From Aphanothece sp. CMT-3BRIN-NPC111 (lineage in GTDB: Bacteria; Cyanobacteriota; Cyanobacteriia; Cyanobacteriales; JAHHGU01), in assembly GCA_019359765.1 (NCBI GenBank), contig JAHHGU010000013.1, positions 9,574 through 73,573 on the forward strand: 64,000 bases of DNA. Reading direction: 5' to 3'. Positions 37,513 to 47,678 of the stretch are shown piece by piece (the stretch's first letter is position 1; every line of letters starts with the position of its first letter). The position numbers and the translations under genes were made by a program. The notes beneath the pieces were generated by a model. The model ran no database searches and was not told where the DNA came from. It saw nothing but the letters and a program-made list of their open reading frames with translations.

Positions 37513-38847
37513 ATGAGTGAAGCTGACACCCCCCATAACCAGCCCCTCCCTGAACCAAGTGATTTGATTAATACCAATGTTACTGATTTAACGGAGGCAA
37601 TCGGCATGACACTGCCAGGGCAAGCAGAGGAAGCTGATTGGATGGCACTGGCGAAAAAGCTGCGTCAGCACAATCACACCCTGATGCAGCAGGTGGCTCA
37701 GTTAGAGCAAGCATTAGGAGAGTGTCAGGAGGCATTCGGAGCGCAGCAGGCGCGATCGCAGGTACAAGAAACACTACTCCTCCAGCAAACCGAGGAACTC
37801 AAGACCGCCCAAGAGCAGGTAAATCGCCTGTTCCGCGAACTAGAATCGTCTCATCAAGCCGCCCAACGCCAGCAGATTTTGGTTAAAACCTTATCGCAGC
37901 AGCTGGAAAGTAGCCAGGAACGAGTTGCCCAGATAGAGCGGGAATGCGCCCTCACCCAGCAACGCAATAACGAGCAGTCTCACCAGCTGTTGCAAACAGA
38001 AAATGTATGTCAAGAGCTACACACCCGTCTACAGCGACAGCAACGCCAAACCCTGCAATTCAAAACAGCCCTAGAAAACTGTCTGGAAACGCCAGCGCCC
38101 AGTTTAGAAGCCAAAGCTGAACCCAGCAGTTCTGCCCAGTCACAACGCCACCTCAAAAGTCTTCTCGCGGAACTATCCCTGCTGCCCAAAGCGCAGCCCA
38201 TCCAACCTTGGTCAGCACAACCAGAGTTACTAGAAGAGAGTGCTGACGTTGAGCCTAGTTGGAGTAGTCAAACACCGCCTGAGTTTCTCTCACCAGATAC
38301 AGATGCGACATCCCCTAGGGAAAGCCCTACAAACTCCAGCGTGCGTACAGACTGGGAGCCGTTCGAGGAAATGCCCAGCGATGAAACCTTCTCACCAGCA
38401 GGTGCTCATAATCAACCTGACTCAATGGCAGATATTTCAGCCACTGAGCAAGAATTAGAACAGCAGTTGCTTGCCGATATACCGGATATAGCATGGATGC
38501 TTCAGTTGTTGGATGAACAGGATGAGGATTTACCCTCAAAAGCCTCCCCTGACTCAGCAGATAATGAGGGTTCAGAGCTTTATCTAAATGAGGGCAAACA
38601 AAGCACTCTGCCCCTACAGGAAGCTTTCCCGCCAGAAAACACCGATGAGATGGACACGGAGGTGGAGGGACAGAACGCGGATTCACTAGAAGATTTTGCC
38701 GCCCCTGAGCCAGTTCAGCGTCAAGAGCAGATTCTAGCCCAATACAATTGGCCATCCCCGGTGCTTTATCCGCTACGTACTTCTAAAAAGCTAAAGTCCT
38801 TGGCGGCAATTGAGTTGCCCAGCTTTCCTCCTTATCGGCATTTGTAA
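37513..38847 (+). CDS. Hypothetical Q-rich coiled-coil / acidic protein
   Basis: 444-aa ORF with a long Q/L/E heptad region followed by an acidic, S/P-rich C-terminal half. Confidence 0.5.
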   Translation: MSEADTPHNQPLPEPSDLINTNVTDLTEAIGMTLPGQAEEADWMALAKKLRQHNHTLMQQVAQLEQALGECQEAFGAQQARSQVQETLLLQQTEELKTAQEQVNRLFRELESSHQAAQRQQILVKTLSQQLESSQERVAQIERECALTQQRNNEQSHQLLQTENVCQELHTRLQRQQRQTLQFKTALENCLETPAPSLEAKAEPSSSAQSQRHLKSLLAELSLLPKAQPIQPWSAQPELLEESADVEPSWSSQTPPEFLSPDTDATSPRESPTNSSVRTDWEPFEEMPSDETFSPAGAHNQPDSMADISATEQELEQQLLADIPDIAWMLQLLDEQDEDLPSKASPDSADNEGSELYLNEGKQSTLPLQEAFPPENTDEMDTEVEGQNADSLEDFAAPEPVQRQEQILAQYNWPSPVLYPLRTSKKLKSLAAIELPSFPPYRHL

Positions 38848-39097
38848 TTAGCGTTTTAATAAATATCTTTTAATGTATAGCAATTAGCAGTAGAGACGTT
38901 GCATACTCTGTGTCTCTATGCTTGGCGCGAGTTTTATCGACAATAGTTTTGTGGTAGATAAGGCCATAAGATTTCTGTTGATAAAAGTATGCTTGTCCAG
39001 TGGACAACGAGCAGGTTCTGAAATCACACTTGTGCCTACGCACCCGGTGCGATTTTTATCGACTCAATCACTGGATACCTAAAGTGCAAAAGTTTAT

Positions 39098-39484
39098 TTA
39101 AAGACTCGCTACATTTGCAGCAATAGTATCCACGTTAATCGTCTCCAAACCAATCAATACGCATCCTGCAAACATTAAAATATAGCTAATAAAGTTCAAG
39201 GTACTACGAAGCCGTTTTTGTTCTGCGCTAATGAGCGTAGAGAGAGTCATAGTGATACTGCTTGTTCCCAAACTCACTACAGGGAGATATTTCCACCATT
39301 CCAGTCCCGGCTTGTAACTGATAAACAATAGCCCAAATGAAAACAAAACTAGGACAATGCCACTGAATGCTGAAATGTAGCTGAGCAACTTTCGTGACGT
39401 ACTAACCAGTTTGGAAATGTTTGAGGTAATAAGCAGAGCAAGAGAGCCTGCACTAAAAAGCAATATGGAGTAATATCTCAACAT
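39098..39484 (-). CDS. Membrane protein, paralog B of a tandem pair
   Basis: Start chosen at MLRYYSILLF... (ATG 39484), which removes the out-of-frame overlap seen in the ORF track. Shares the module ...LALLI..NI..LV.T..K.L.YISA..GI.L.L.SF.L.F.S.KP..EWW.Y..VV with the upstream gene. Confidence 0.5.
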   Translation of the reverse strand: MLRYYSILLFSAGSLALLITSNISKLVSTSRKLLSYISAFSGIVLVLFSFGLLFISYKPGLEWWKYLPVVSLGTSSITMTLSTLISAEQKRLRSTLNFISYILMFAGCVLIGLETINVDTIAANVASL

Positions 39485-39506
39485 TTTAGACCCTGATTTA
39501 AAAGAA

Positions 39507-39995
39507 CTATACGTTAATAGTAACCACAGAAAAATATCCCCACCATTCCTGCTCCGGCTTATGACTGACAAAAAATAGCCTAAATGATAATAACAGTAAG
39601 GCAATGCCAATCAATGCTGAAATATAGCCGAGTCGCTTGTGCTCTGTACCAACGAGTGTAGGAATATTTAAAGCTATAAGTAGAGCCAGATAGGCGGAGA
39701 TATTAAACACTGAAGCGTAATATCCCAAGAGTTCAAATCCTGGCTTGTAAGAGCCATATCCTAATAGTTCAAATGCTGAGTGGCCAGTAATATATGCCTG
39801 CATCAGTAAGCCAGTGCAAACCAGCATTCCCACCAAGGCTACAACAATACAGAAGAGCGCAATTCGTCGCTCCCACACTTGAGATTTAGACACATCTCTA
39901 GTGTCCGCTACCTTGGCTGATACATCATTAGTATTATCATGTTCCTGCATAATTATAGCTGGGGACAAAGTTTCCCTACTTGTACAAGTATCCAA
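39507..39995 (-). CDS. Membrane protein, paralog A of a tandem pair
   Basis: 162-aa ORF with several TM segments. Confidence 0.5.
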   Translation of the reverse strand: MDTCTSRETLSPAIIMQEHDNTNDVSAKVADTRDVSKSQVWERRIALFCIVVALVGMLVCTGLLMQAYITGHSAFELLGYGSYKPGFELLGYYASVFNISAYLALLIALNIPTLVGTEHKRLGYISALIGIALLLLSFRLFFVSHKPEQEWWGYFSVVTINV

Positions 39996-40287
39996 TTAAT
40001 TCAATGTCAAGCTATAGCCATTAATACCAGCATAATCGTAAAATGTTGAGTACCTGATTCCTGGAATGCTGCCAGTCGGCGAAACGGTGTTGCTAGTAGC
40101 AGATCCCAAGGCAGGTAAATTTTTGCTAGCTTACGACGCGGCTTTTGCGATCGCTAAATTGTTTATTGGAAAAGGTTTTCACCGCTCGACTTCTATTTTT
40201 CCCTCATCAGAGTGACAAAAGAGCGGTAAAGCCCATCGATCTCCACCGTTGCACCGATGGGGTAGTTCACATTTATTCAATCCAAAA

Positions 40288-42360
40288 CTATTGTTTCTGG
40301 GGACGCCCCATGCCCGCCGTGAGGGCGTAACTCTGAGTCAACAACCACAGCCAGAGAGACGGTGACCAATCTTCCAGCCAGGGTTCTAACCGTTGCAGGA
40401 AGCCCGGAAACCACCCCCCCACCAAACCGCTAAGCAGGGCGTTGCTGGTGAAGTCTACATAGCTTCCTAACCAGCGCAGTAGATCTTTAGGGCCTGCGAG
40501 TTCCCAGATCCAAAGCAGCAAGGCTGGATTTTTTCTGGCTGCTTTAAGTGCCAGCCGATTGAATGTCAGCCAATCAGATCGATCCTTAATAAATGTGTCT
40601 GCCACTACGGGTGGTTCCTCAGCCAAAAGCCCAAAGAAGGTATTGAGCATGGCATTAATTCGCTGGGGTGGCAAGTAGCGATGAGTGGGAACCATCATGC
40701 CTTTAGAAAACAGCCAAGTGACTGAGATGTTGCTTTGGTAAGCACGAATTTGGTTCAAGGCATTGGCGTCCAAAAGGTCATGCTTGAGGGCTGTCTTCAG
40801 GAGATCTGTCAAGCGAGGCAGATTACGCACTAAGGAACCAAAGCCGGTGAAGACGAGGGGAGATTGGAGGGAGGCGGCATCACCAATGGCGATTAGGCGG
40901 TCAAAGGCAACAGTGCGATCGCGGCTTCCCACACTAAAATGACCGGGAATATAGCCAAAGGTCGGCTTCTTCCACACCAGCTTTTCCATATCGCATCGGC
41001 GATACTCTGGCAGAATTGTAAAGAAGTCTTCATACATCTCCAATAAAGAGCCAGGATTGTCTGGATGTACCTGATGGTAGTGGAACAAATAGATAGTGAT
41101 TTCCTCACCAGCACCTGGGAACAACTCCCAAATTAGCTGACGCCCCCGCGAGATATCCCCGTGACTGTTAAGAACGTCGCCATAATTAGAATCCCAAACG
41201 CCAGGTTCAAACCCACTAGCGATCGCAGCTCCCACTGTAGGACAAACACTATCAAAAGTGCGACCTCCATTCAGCTGCCATGCGATCGGTGATGCCGTTC
41301 CCATCGCATCCACTAGCAGACGCCCACTGGCTTGCCGCTGCGATTTATTTAATAAGTGTTTTGCCTCAACGACAACTTGTGTCGCTTCCACATCTGCTCT
41401 GATAAACTCTGTCTCATCCCAAATTTCACCACCAGCTAGCGTGAGTTTTTCCCCACACATCCGCAGTAACTTCTCTGCATCCAACGCCACGTTCAACACG
41501 GTTGGGGTGTGCAATATTGGCGCTCTGAGGTGACTTGGGTTATTGGCATCAAAAAATTTACTGAATCCGTCTATATACTCCTTGGCAATAAAGCTTTCCA
41601 ACTCCGCCTCTGTAAATAAACCCAAATCAATCAAGTTTTGCAGCTCTTTTCGAGAAATATTCCACTCCCGGTTCATGCGCCCAAAAGGTAGCCGTTCTAT
41701 CAGCAGCACCCGGTAGCCCAGTTGCGCCATAACTGCGGCGTGGATTACTCCCAAGGCACCCCCTACATAAATTAAGTCGTAGGTAGGGGTGAGGGGCACA
41801 GGAGGAGAATTTGGCTTAGAAATCTCCCCTGCTGTGCCCTGGCTCTTGAACACAACCTGCTTAGGCTGCTGGGGATTACGGACGCCCTCTCGCCACCGCT
41901 TCTCCCACCAGTAGACGCGGTTGAGGTCGTACTCACCGTTGGGCATTTTCTGAAAGTAGTGGACTGTCAGGGGGTAGTAGGAAGCCAAAGCTTCAAATAT
42001 AGACTGTTGTGACAAATCAACATCTGGTGGTTCGGGATATTGTACGGGGAACTGCTTTCTGAGATCCGCACTCAATTGCCCAATAATTTGTTGCTCATCG
42101 GCAATCGGTTGATTCCCTGTGCGAAAGGCTTTCAGGTAGGTAGTCCGCTGCACTGACCACACAAACACTGAGATTTCAGAAATTGTCTGTGCTGGGGATG
42201 TATGAGTGTCATTGCTGCCCCCCTTACTCTCAAATTGCAGCTTGATACCATCGGGGGTGGTAATTTTCTCTCCTAGCCCACAGAACCATGCTTGTTGCAA
42301 CCAGAGACGGATAGCATCTATATCCGGGGTAGGAACTTCTAAGTAAAGAATTTCTTTCAT
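40288..42360 (-). CDS. FAD/NAD(P)-binding oxidoreductase family protein (possibly CruA/CruP-type lycopene cyclase family)
   Basis: 690 aa. A dinucleotide-binding-like stretch YDLIYVGGALGVIHAAVMAQLGYRVLLIER lies about 195 aa from the N-terminus. The family guess is from memory only. Confidence 0.4.
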   Translation of the reverse strand: MKEILYLEVPTPDIDAIRLWLQQAWFCGLGEKITTPDGIKLQFESKGGSNDTHTSPAQTISEISVFVWSVQRTTYLKAFRTGNQPIADEQQIIGQLSADLRKQFPVQYPEPPDVDLSQQSIFEALASYYPLTVHYFQKMPNGEYDLNRVYWWEKRWREGVRNPQQPKQVVFKSQGTAGEISKPNSPPVPLTPTYDLIYVGGALGVIHAAVMAQLGYRVLLIERLPFGRMNREWNISRKELQNLIDLGLFTEAELESFIAKEYIDGFSKFFDANNPSHLRAPILHTPTVLNVALDAEKLLRMCGEKLTLAGGEIWDETEFIRADVEATQVVVEAKHLLNKSQRQASGRLLVDAMGTASPIAWQLNGGRTFDSVCPTVGAAIASGFEPGVWDSNYGDVLNSHGDISRGRQLIWELFPGAGEEITIYLFHYHQVHPDNPGSLLEMYEDFFTILPEYRRCDMEKLVWKKPTFGYIPGHFSVGSRDRTVAFDRLIAIGDAASLQSPLVFTGFGSLVRNLPRLTDLLKTALKHDLLDANALNQIRAYQSNISVTWLFSKGMMVPTHRYLPPQRINAMLNTFFGLLAEEPPVVADTFIKDRSDWLTFNRLALKAARKNPALLLWIWELAGPKDLLRWLGSYVDFTSNALLSGLVGGWFPGFLQRLEPWLEDWSPSLWLWLLTQSYALTAGMGRPQKQ

Positions 42361-42517
42361 TTGGCGATTCTCAGCTTTGATTAAGTATCGAAAAAGATGG
42401 TGTTGACAGGGATTAAAAGTGCGCTATAATCCCGTGTACTGATTTATGAGAAAGCTTTAAAAAAGTTTACAATTCTCTCATTTTTGTTAAGGTATTCAAT
42501 GCCATTGTTAACACGCC

Positions 42518-42748
42518 ATGAATTATCCCATTCCAGCTAGCCCTCAAGAAATTGTCGCCCTGCGCCAGCAACCTATCGATGAAGAGTTAGTTGCAGCAGC
42601 GATCGCCGGCGTGATTCAGATTGCCCGCTCTAATGGTCAATCCTTAGACGATTTAAAAGCGGAAGTTTTAGCTGACGATAGCCTCCTCGACAAAGTGCAA
42701 AGACGTTGGCTTAGTGATATCGTTACCCAAGCCTGGTCAAGCCTGTAA
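42518..42748 (+). CDS. Hypothetical small protein
   Basis: 76-aa ORF with coding-like composition. Confidence 0.4.
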   Translation: MNYPIPASPQEIVALRQQPIDEELVAAAIAGVIQIARSNGQSLDDLKAEVLADDSLLDKVQRRWLSDIVTQAWSSL

Positions 42749-42768
42749 TATACAGGGACATCGAGTTC

Positions 42769-43527
42769 GTGCATGACCTCATGAGGCAGATCATCTTAGC
42801 AATGCCTAAGTGGATGCGTAAGCGGTTCCTCCACGCTACGCGAACAAATTTATTGCCACTGCTGTTGACGATTCGAGTCGGGGGGCTAATTTTTGCTGGC
42901 TTGGCGATGTGGGTCTTCGCGTCTATTGCCGATGACGTTCTGGAGAAAGAAAGCCAAGCCTTTGACACAGGAATTTTACTAGCTCTCAGGTATCTGCATA
43001 CCCCGCTACTGGATCGGGCAATGATTAGCTTGACATTTTTCGGGGAACCGAGTGTATTACTGCTGTTGAGCCTAAGCTTGGGAATTTGGCTGCTGCTGCG
43101 GGGGCGTCAATCAGAAGCAACAACCATCGCGATCGCCGCAGCTGGCGCAGGTAGCTTAAACTATTTGCTCAAAGAACTGTTCCAGCGTAACCGCCCACTG
43201 CTTTGGGAACGCATTGTTGATGTTGAACATTACAGCTTTCCCAGCGGTCACGCGATGGTTTCAATGGTAATGTACGGTCTAATTGGCTATCTGCTGGCAA
43301 CTCACTTCCCCCGCTGGCGGCTATTTATTATTACCTTGACAATAATTTTAATTAGTGGCATAGGCTTAAGTCGGCTTTATCTGGGTGTCCACTGGCCTAC
43401 TGATGTTATAGCTGGCTACGCAGCTGGATGCGTGTGGCTGATTGCCTGTATCTTTAGCTTGGAAACCTGGGATAGATATCGTTCGGCTCAAAGTTATTCA
43501 GAGGACAAGTCTCTGTCGCCGGAATAA
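42769..43527 (+). CDS. PAP2-family phosphatase (membrane)
   Basis: Motifs KELFQRNRP, SFPSGHA and SRLYLGVHWPTDV. Confidence 0.85.
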   Translation: MHDLMRQIILAMPKWMRKRFLHATRTNLLPLLLTIRVGGLIFAGLAMWVFASIADDVLEKESQAFDTGILLALRYLHTPLLDRAMISLTFFGEPSVLLLLSLSLGIWLLLRGRQSEATTIAIAAAGAGSLNYLLKELFQRNRPLLWERIVDVEHYSFPSGHAMVSMVMYGLIGYLLATHFPRWRLFIITLTIILISGIGLSRLYLGVHWPTDVIAGYAAGCVWLIACIFSLETWDRYRSAQSYSEDKSLSPE

Positions 43528-43583
43528 CAAGCTGGCGAGCAACTATAAGGGAATTGGATTAACTTAAATAAAAGTCCTCACTT

Positions 43584-44798
43584 GTGGCTATGGTGAAACA
43601 ACTCAAGCCCCGCTACTCACTTGCCTGGATCGACAAAATCGCTGAAGTGCCCCAGCAAGAGTGGGACGCACTCGCCCAACCACTGAAGACTCCTTTCCTA
43701 GAATGGGAATGGCTAAACAATTTAGAGACCTCTGGTAGTGCCACTGCTAAAGCGGGATGGCTACCCAACCATTTAACCGTCTGGCGAGACAGGCAGCTGA
43801 TTGCCGCTGCGCCACTTTATTTGAAGGGTCATAGTTACGGCGAATTTGTGTTTGACCACCAGTGGGCAGATTTGGCTCATCGGTTGGGAGTACAGTATTA
43901 CCCAAAGCTGCTGGGGATGACACCAATGACTCCAGCTGAGGGCTATCGGTTCTTAATCGCGCCCGGTGAAGATGAGGAGGAGTTGACAGAGTTAATGGTG
44001 GGGGCGATTGACCATTTTTGCGATCGCCATCACATCTCTGGCTGTCATTTCCTGTATGTAGACCCCGAATGGCGACCAATAATACAGCGTCACGGTTTTA
44101 CCAGTTGGTTGCACCACAGCTACATTTGGCAGAATCAAGGCTATCAAATTTTTGATGACTATTTAGGAGCGTTCAACGCCAATCAACGGCGCAACATCAA
44201 ACGGGAACGCAAAGCTGTGGAAAAAGCACAGATTAGACTCCAAACCCTAACGGGAGAAGAGATTCCCAAGTCGCTGTTTCCCTTGATGTACAGCTTTTAT
44301 GCCGATACTTGTGACAAATTTGGCTGGTGGGGAAGCAAATACCTAACTAATCGTTTCTTTGAACAGCTGTATCCCAATTATTCCCATCGGGTGCTGTTTG
44401 TCGCCGCATACCACGAGCAGAATGACCAAAAGCCAATGGGGATGTCTTTTTGTATTACTAAAGGCGACCAATTATATGGGCGCTATTGGGGAAGCTTTCA
44501 GGAAATTGACTGCCTGCACTTTGATGCTTGTTACTATACGCCAATTGAGTGGGCGATCGCGCAGGGCGTTCAGACTTTCGACCCCGGTGCTGGTGGGCGT
44601 CATAAAAAACGTCGCGGCTTCCCAGCGACGCCGAACCACAGTATGCATAGATTTTACAATCGACGTTTGAGCCACATCTTGGGGTCTTATATCCGGGAAG
44701 TGAACGAATTAGAGCAGCAGGAAATTGACGCCATTAACCAGGAGATTCCCTTTAGCAAGCGCGAGATTCCCCTCAACGCGGAATTGGGAGATGGATGA
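43584..44798 (+). CDS. GNAT/FemAB-like N-acyltransferase (DUF482 family)
   Basis: PLYLKGHSYGEFVFDHQWADLAHRLGVQYYPKL and the C-terminal FDPGAGGRHKKRRGF. Confidence 0.7.
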   Translation: MAMVKQLKPRYSLAWIDKIAEVPQQEWDALAQPLKTPFLEWEWLNNLETSGSATAKAGWLPNHLTVWRDRQLIAAAPLYLKGHSYGEFVFDHQWADLAHRLGVQYYPKLLGMTPMTPAEGYRFLIAPGEDEEELTELMVGAIDHFCDRHHISGCHFLYVDPEWRPIIQRHGFTSWLHHSYIWQNQGYQIFDDYLGAFNANQRRNIKRERKAVEKAQIRLQTLTGEEIPKSLFPLMYSFYADTCDKFGWWGSKYLTNRFFEQLYPNYSHRVLFVAAYHEQNDQKPMGMSFCITKGDQLYGRYWGSFQEIDCLHFDACYYTPIEWAIAQGVQTFDPGAGGRHKKRRGFPATPNHSMHRFYNRRLSHILGSYIREVNELEQQEIDAINQEIPFSKREIPLNAELGDG

Positions 44799-44850
44799 TT
44801 TAGTATGAGACTTAGAGCCTATCTTTCAAAAGAATTTTCCTATATCAAAC

Positions 44851-44890
44851 ATCTGCGTTTATCTGCGTCTATCTGCTTTCATCTGCGGTA
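44851..44890. repeat. 4 x 10-bp tandem repeat ATCTGCG(T/G)NN
   Basis: atctgcgttt atctgcgtct atctgctttc atctgcggta. Confidence 0.85.
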
Positions 44891-44966
44891 AAAACATCTT
44901 TAATCGACTTTTGGGATAGGTTCTCAGTAGGTAGGCACAGAAAAAATTGCAGCTGAGTAGGAATTT

Positions 44967-45161
44967 TTACGCGTACCTGAGGAATAGTTCTGCTTTATGC
45001 TGACCTATTTGAGGTGCTATCGCCACGATAGTTACCCGATGGCTATCAAAGAGAAATTCCGCATAGTCTATTAATGTATCCAGTCCAACGAGGTTTAGGC
45101 AGACTTCACAAGCTAGCCAAACTGTAATTTTTTTCAGGGTCTTTGTCCACGGCGCTTGCAT
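44967..45161 (-). CDS. Small hypothetical protein
   Basis: 64 aa. The WLACEVCLNLVGLDTLIDYAEFLF motif resembles a small family I recall as conserved in cyanobacteria. Confidence 0.4.
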   Translation of the reverse strand: MQAPWTKTLKKITVWLACEVCLNLVGLDTLIDYAEFLFDSHRVTIVAIAPQIGQHKAELFLRYA

Positions 45162-45304
45162 TATCTTAGTCTCCTCGCTTAAACCTCCTTGCTAAAAGTA
45201 AATACGATTAACTTCAATTCTTTATGCAGAAACGCTGACGGCAAGGGTGGAGGCTTAGACTGTTAATAGGAAATGTTGATAATTAAACAATTGCATCAAT
45301 TTTC

Positions 45305-45688
45305 ATGAATCAAACTGCTCAGGAACTGACGGCTATTGATGACAAGCTTTCTCAGCGTCATATTGACCTTGACCCCGGTGGCTATTTCATTATTTACTTA
45401 GATCGAGACGCGGGGCTAATTTGTGCTAAGCATTTCACCAATGTTATCGATGAGCGCGGTTTAGCCGTTGACCCAGAAACTGGCAAGGTTATCCCTGCAC
45501 GAGGTAAGGTGGAACGAACGCACACCACAGTTTTTAGCGGCAGAACTGCTAAGGAACTTTGCGTAAAGATTTTTGAGGAAACTCAGCCCTATCCCGTGAC
45601 TCTGCTGGATCATGCGGCCTATCTAGGACGGGAACTTGTTCGGGCTGAGATAGCTCTAATCAATGGGCAAGATTACGTTCAAGACTAA
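45305..45688 (+). CDS. DUF4346 domain protein
   Basis: DPGGYFIIYLDRDAGLICAKHF...HAAYLGRELVRAEIALINGQDYVQD. Confidence 0.65.
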   Translation: MNQTAQELTAIDDKLSQRHIDLDPGGYFIIYLDRDAGLICAKHFTNVIDERGLAVDPETGKVIPARGKVERTHTTVFSGRTAKELCVKIFEETQPYPVTLLDHAAYLGRELVRAEIALINGQDYVQD

Positions 45689-46407
45689 CCTTGATTTTGA
45701 TAAAGGAAGTAGGTAGCCATCGGGATAACGGTGGCGGCAATTAATAGCACAACTACAACGATAGTGGCGTTGCCAGTGTCGGTTTCTTCTGCGGTTTTAA
45801 AGGTGCTTTCTACCTGAACTTTGTCTTGCACTACAGGTGGGCCGGGATCGGGCTGACCAGATAATACAGCGACTAGGCGATCGCTGGCATCAGCAAACGC
45901 TTGATTATACTTGTTGCCCTCCCGGAGTGGCACCGCTACTGTCTCAGAAGCAACGCTATTGGCAATATCATCGGGCATGATGGACTTGACTGCCTCACCT
46001 GTGCGAATGCCAGTAGTGTTTGTGAGGCTATCAATTACCAGTAAGGTTTGATGCGCTTGCGCTTCTGGCGTCGGGAACCATTTATCAAATAGCTTATCTG
46101 TAAAGCTTTGGGCTGTTTCACCGTAGTCTAGGCGGTGAATCGTGACTATCCGAACTTCATTCCCGGTTTTCTGAGCTAAGTTCTCTAGGGCGCTGTTGAT
46201 TTTGCCTTCGTTAAGGCGGCTGAGAAGTTCAGCTCGATCGATCAGCCAAGTATCTTTGCCTGTGGTCAGGTTGGGCATTTGATAGACGCCAGTGGCACTT
46301 GCAGGCGTCGCTACCAGCTGCGTTACTAAAACTATCAACACCACTGGCAGCACCAGACGCCAGAGGTATTTTCTCCAGATGAAAATTTTGTTTAAGAGTT
46401 GTTTCAT
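45685..46407 (-). CDS. TPM-domain protein (Psb32/TLP18.3-like)
   Basis: N-terminal anchor, a TPM-like core (LIDRAELLSRLNEGKINSALENLAQKTGNEVRIVTI) and a C-terminal TM segment. Confidence 0.65.
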   Translation of the reverse strand: MKQLLNKIFIWRKYLWRLVLPVVLIVLVTQLVATPASATGVYQMPNLTTGKDTWLIDRAELLSRLNEGKINSALENLAQKTGNEVRIVTIHRLDYGETAQSFTDKLFDKWFPTPEAQAHQTLLVIDSLTNTTGIRTGEAVKSIMPDDIANSVASETVAVPLREGNKYNQAFADASDRLVAVLSGQPDPGPPVVQDKVQVESTFKTAEETDTGNATIVVVVLLIAATVIPMATYFLYQNQG

Positions 46408-46446
46408 TTGCTTGCTCTCAAAACTGCCTTTTTCCCAAAAATACTA

Positions 46447-46600
46447 CTTGACACTCCCCGGCGTAAACGCACGGGGATTCTTCTCTCTACGAGCCAACTT
46501 GCTCACGGCAGGTTTTCACCAACCAATGTAGGGGTCGATTCTCCAGAAGCGTTGCTCATGTTGACCATGAAAGTTCCGGTATGCCCTACCGTACTCAATC
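46447..46600 (-). ncRNA. Predicted omega-RNA (reRNA) of the tnpB element
   Basis: By analogy with characterised TnpB systems, the guide RNA would overlap the tnpB 3' end. It would terminate at the right-end hairpin GAATCCCCGTGCGTTTACGCCGGGGAGTGTCAAG (the + strand CTTGAC is at 46447-46452). The 5' boundary is a guess. Confidence 0.4.
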
Positions 46601-47678
46601 CCCGACTCAGGATGTTTCTCGCTGCGTTGTGATCTCTATCCAGCACACATCCACACTGGCAAGCGTGAGTGCGGGTGGAGAGGGACTTCTTAACCACAGT
46701 GCCGCATTGAGAGCATTCCTGACTTGTTCCGGCGGCGGTTACGGCAATGGTAATTTTTCCAAACACCTTGCCGAAGTATTCCAGCCACACTCGGAACTGA
46801 TACCAAGAAGCATCGTTAATACACTTGGCAAGACAGTGATTCTTCACCATGTTTTTCATCCTCAAGTCTTCGTAGACCACAACATCGTTAGATGTGATTA
46901 CGCACCTTGCCAACTTCACGGCATGGTCTTTACGCTGTCTACTTATTTTGAGGTGGCGTTTGCCCAGAATCACTCTGGCTTTCATCCTATTGTTAGAATT
47001 CTTAACTCGTCTAGATACAAGCCTTTGAGCCTGTCTTAATCGTCTCGCCCCCAAGCGTAGAAACCTAGGGTTATCAACTGTTTGAGCATTGCTATCGGTG
47101 TAGAAATCGTTAAGTCCTACATCTAACCCAATCGCATTGCCGGACGGTGCAATTTCAGAAGTACGAGCCACCTGAATACAGAACTGTACATAGTAACCAT
47201 CTGCTCTCTTCACCAGCCTGACTCGTTTGATTTGATGAGGCTGGTAGAAGTTTAAATCACGGGTTCCTTTGAGCTTGAGTCTGCCAATATTCTTCTTGTC
47301 AGTGAACGTGATTGAATGGCGATCGTCTGCCAGCTTCCATCCGCAGGTTTTATACTCGACTGAGCGGTTATCTTTCTGAAATTGTGGATAGCCCTTTAAT
47401 CCTGGGGTCTGTGATTTACAGTTCTCCAAGAATCTGCTAATAGCTGACCATGCCCGTTCAGCTGCGGCTTGACGGGCCATGCTGTTGAGTTCATTAACAA
47501 ACGGAAACTCTTTAGCCAATACCGCGCAATACTTGTTGAGATCGCTTTGAGACTTACCCAGTTGATCGAAAAAGAAGCGTAATGCTTTGTTGCGAATAAA
47601 CTGAACAGTTCTCAACGCCTCATCAATAGCGCTGAATTGGCTGGCTTTTCCGTAGGCTTTGAACTCCAGTACAATCAT
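46503..47678 (-). CDS. tnpB: TnpB RNA-guided endonuclease (IS200/IS605 family, IS1341-like); no tnpA
   Basis: RuvC motifs IGLDVGLND, VVVYEDL and DRDHNAARNI, plus the zinc ribbon CSQCGTVVKK...HACQCGC. The ORF is intact at 391 aa. Confidence 0.9.
   Translation of the reverse strand: MIVLEFKAYGKASQFSAIDEALRTVQFIRNKALRFFFDQLGKSQSDLNKYCAVLAKEFPFVNELNSMARQAAAERAWSAISRFLENCKSQTPGLKGYPQFQKDNRSVEYKTCGWKLADDRHSITFTDKKNIGRLKLKGTRDLNFYQPHQIKRVRLVKRADGYYVQFCIQVARTSEIAPSGNAIGLDVGLNDFYTDSNAQTVDNPRFLRLGARRLRQAQRLVSRRVKNSNNRMKARVILGKRHLKISRQRKDHAVKLARCVITSNDVVVYEDLRMKNMVKNHCLAKCINDASWYQFRVWLEYFGKVFGKITIAVTAAGTSQECSQCGTVVKKSLSTRTHACQCGCVLDRDHNAARNILSRGLSTVGHTGTFMVNMSNASGESTPTLVGENLP

Noticed and set aside
35584-40070. 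An 11-nt motif ATGCTGCCAGT, followed later by GGCAGG, is shared by 35590-35615 and 40060-40110.
   Set aside because: It is short, the spacing differs (12 versus 35 nt) and there is no flanking similarity. This is compatible with chance in 64 kb.
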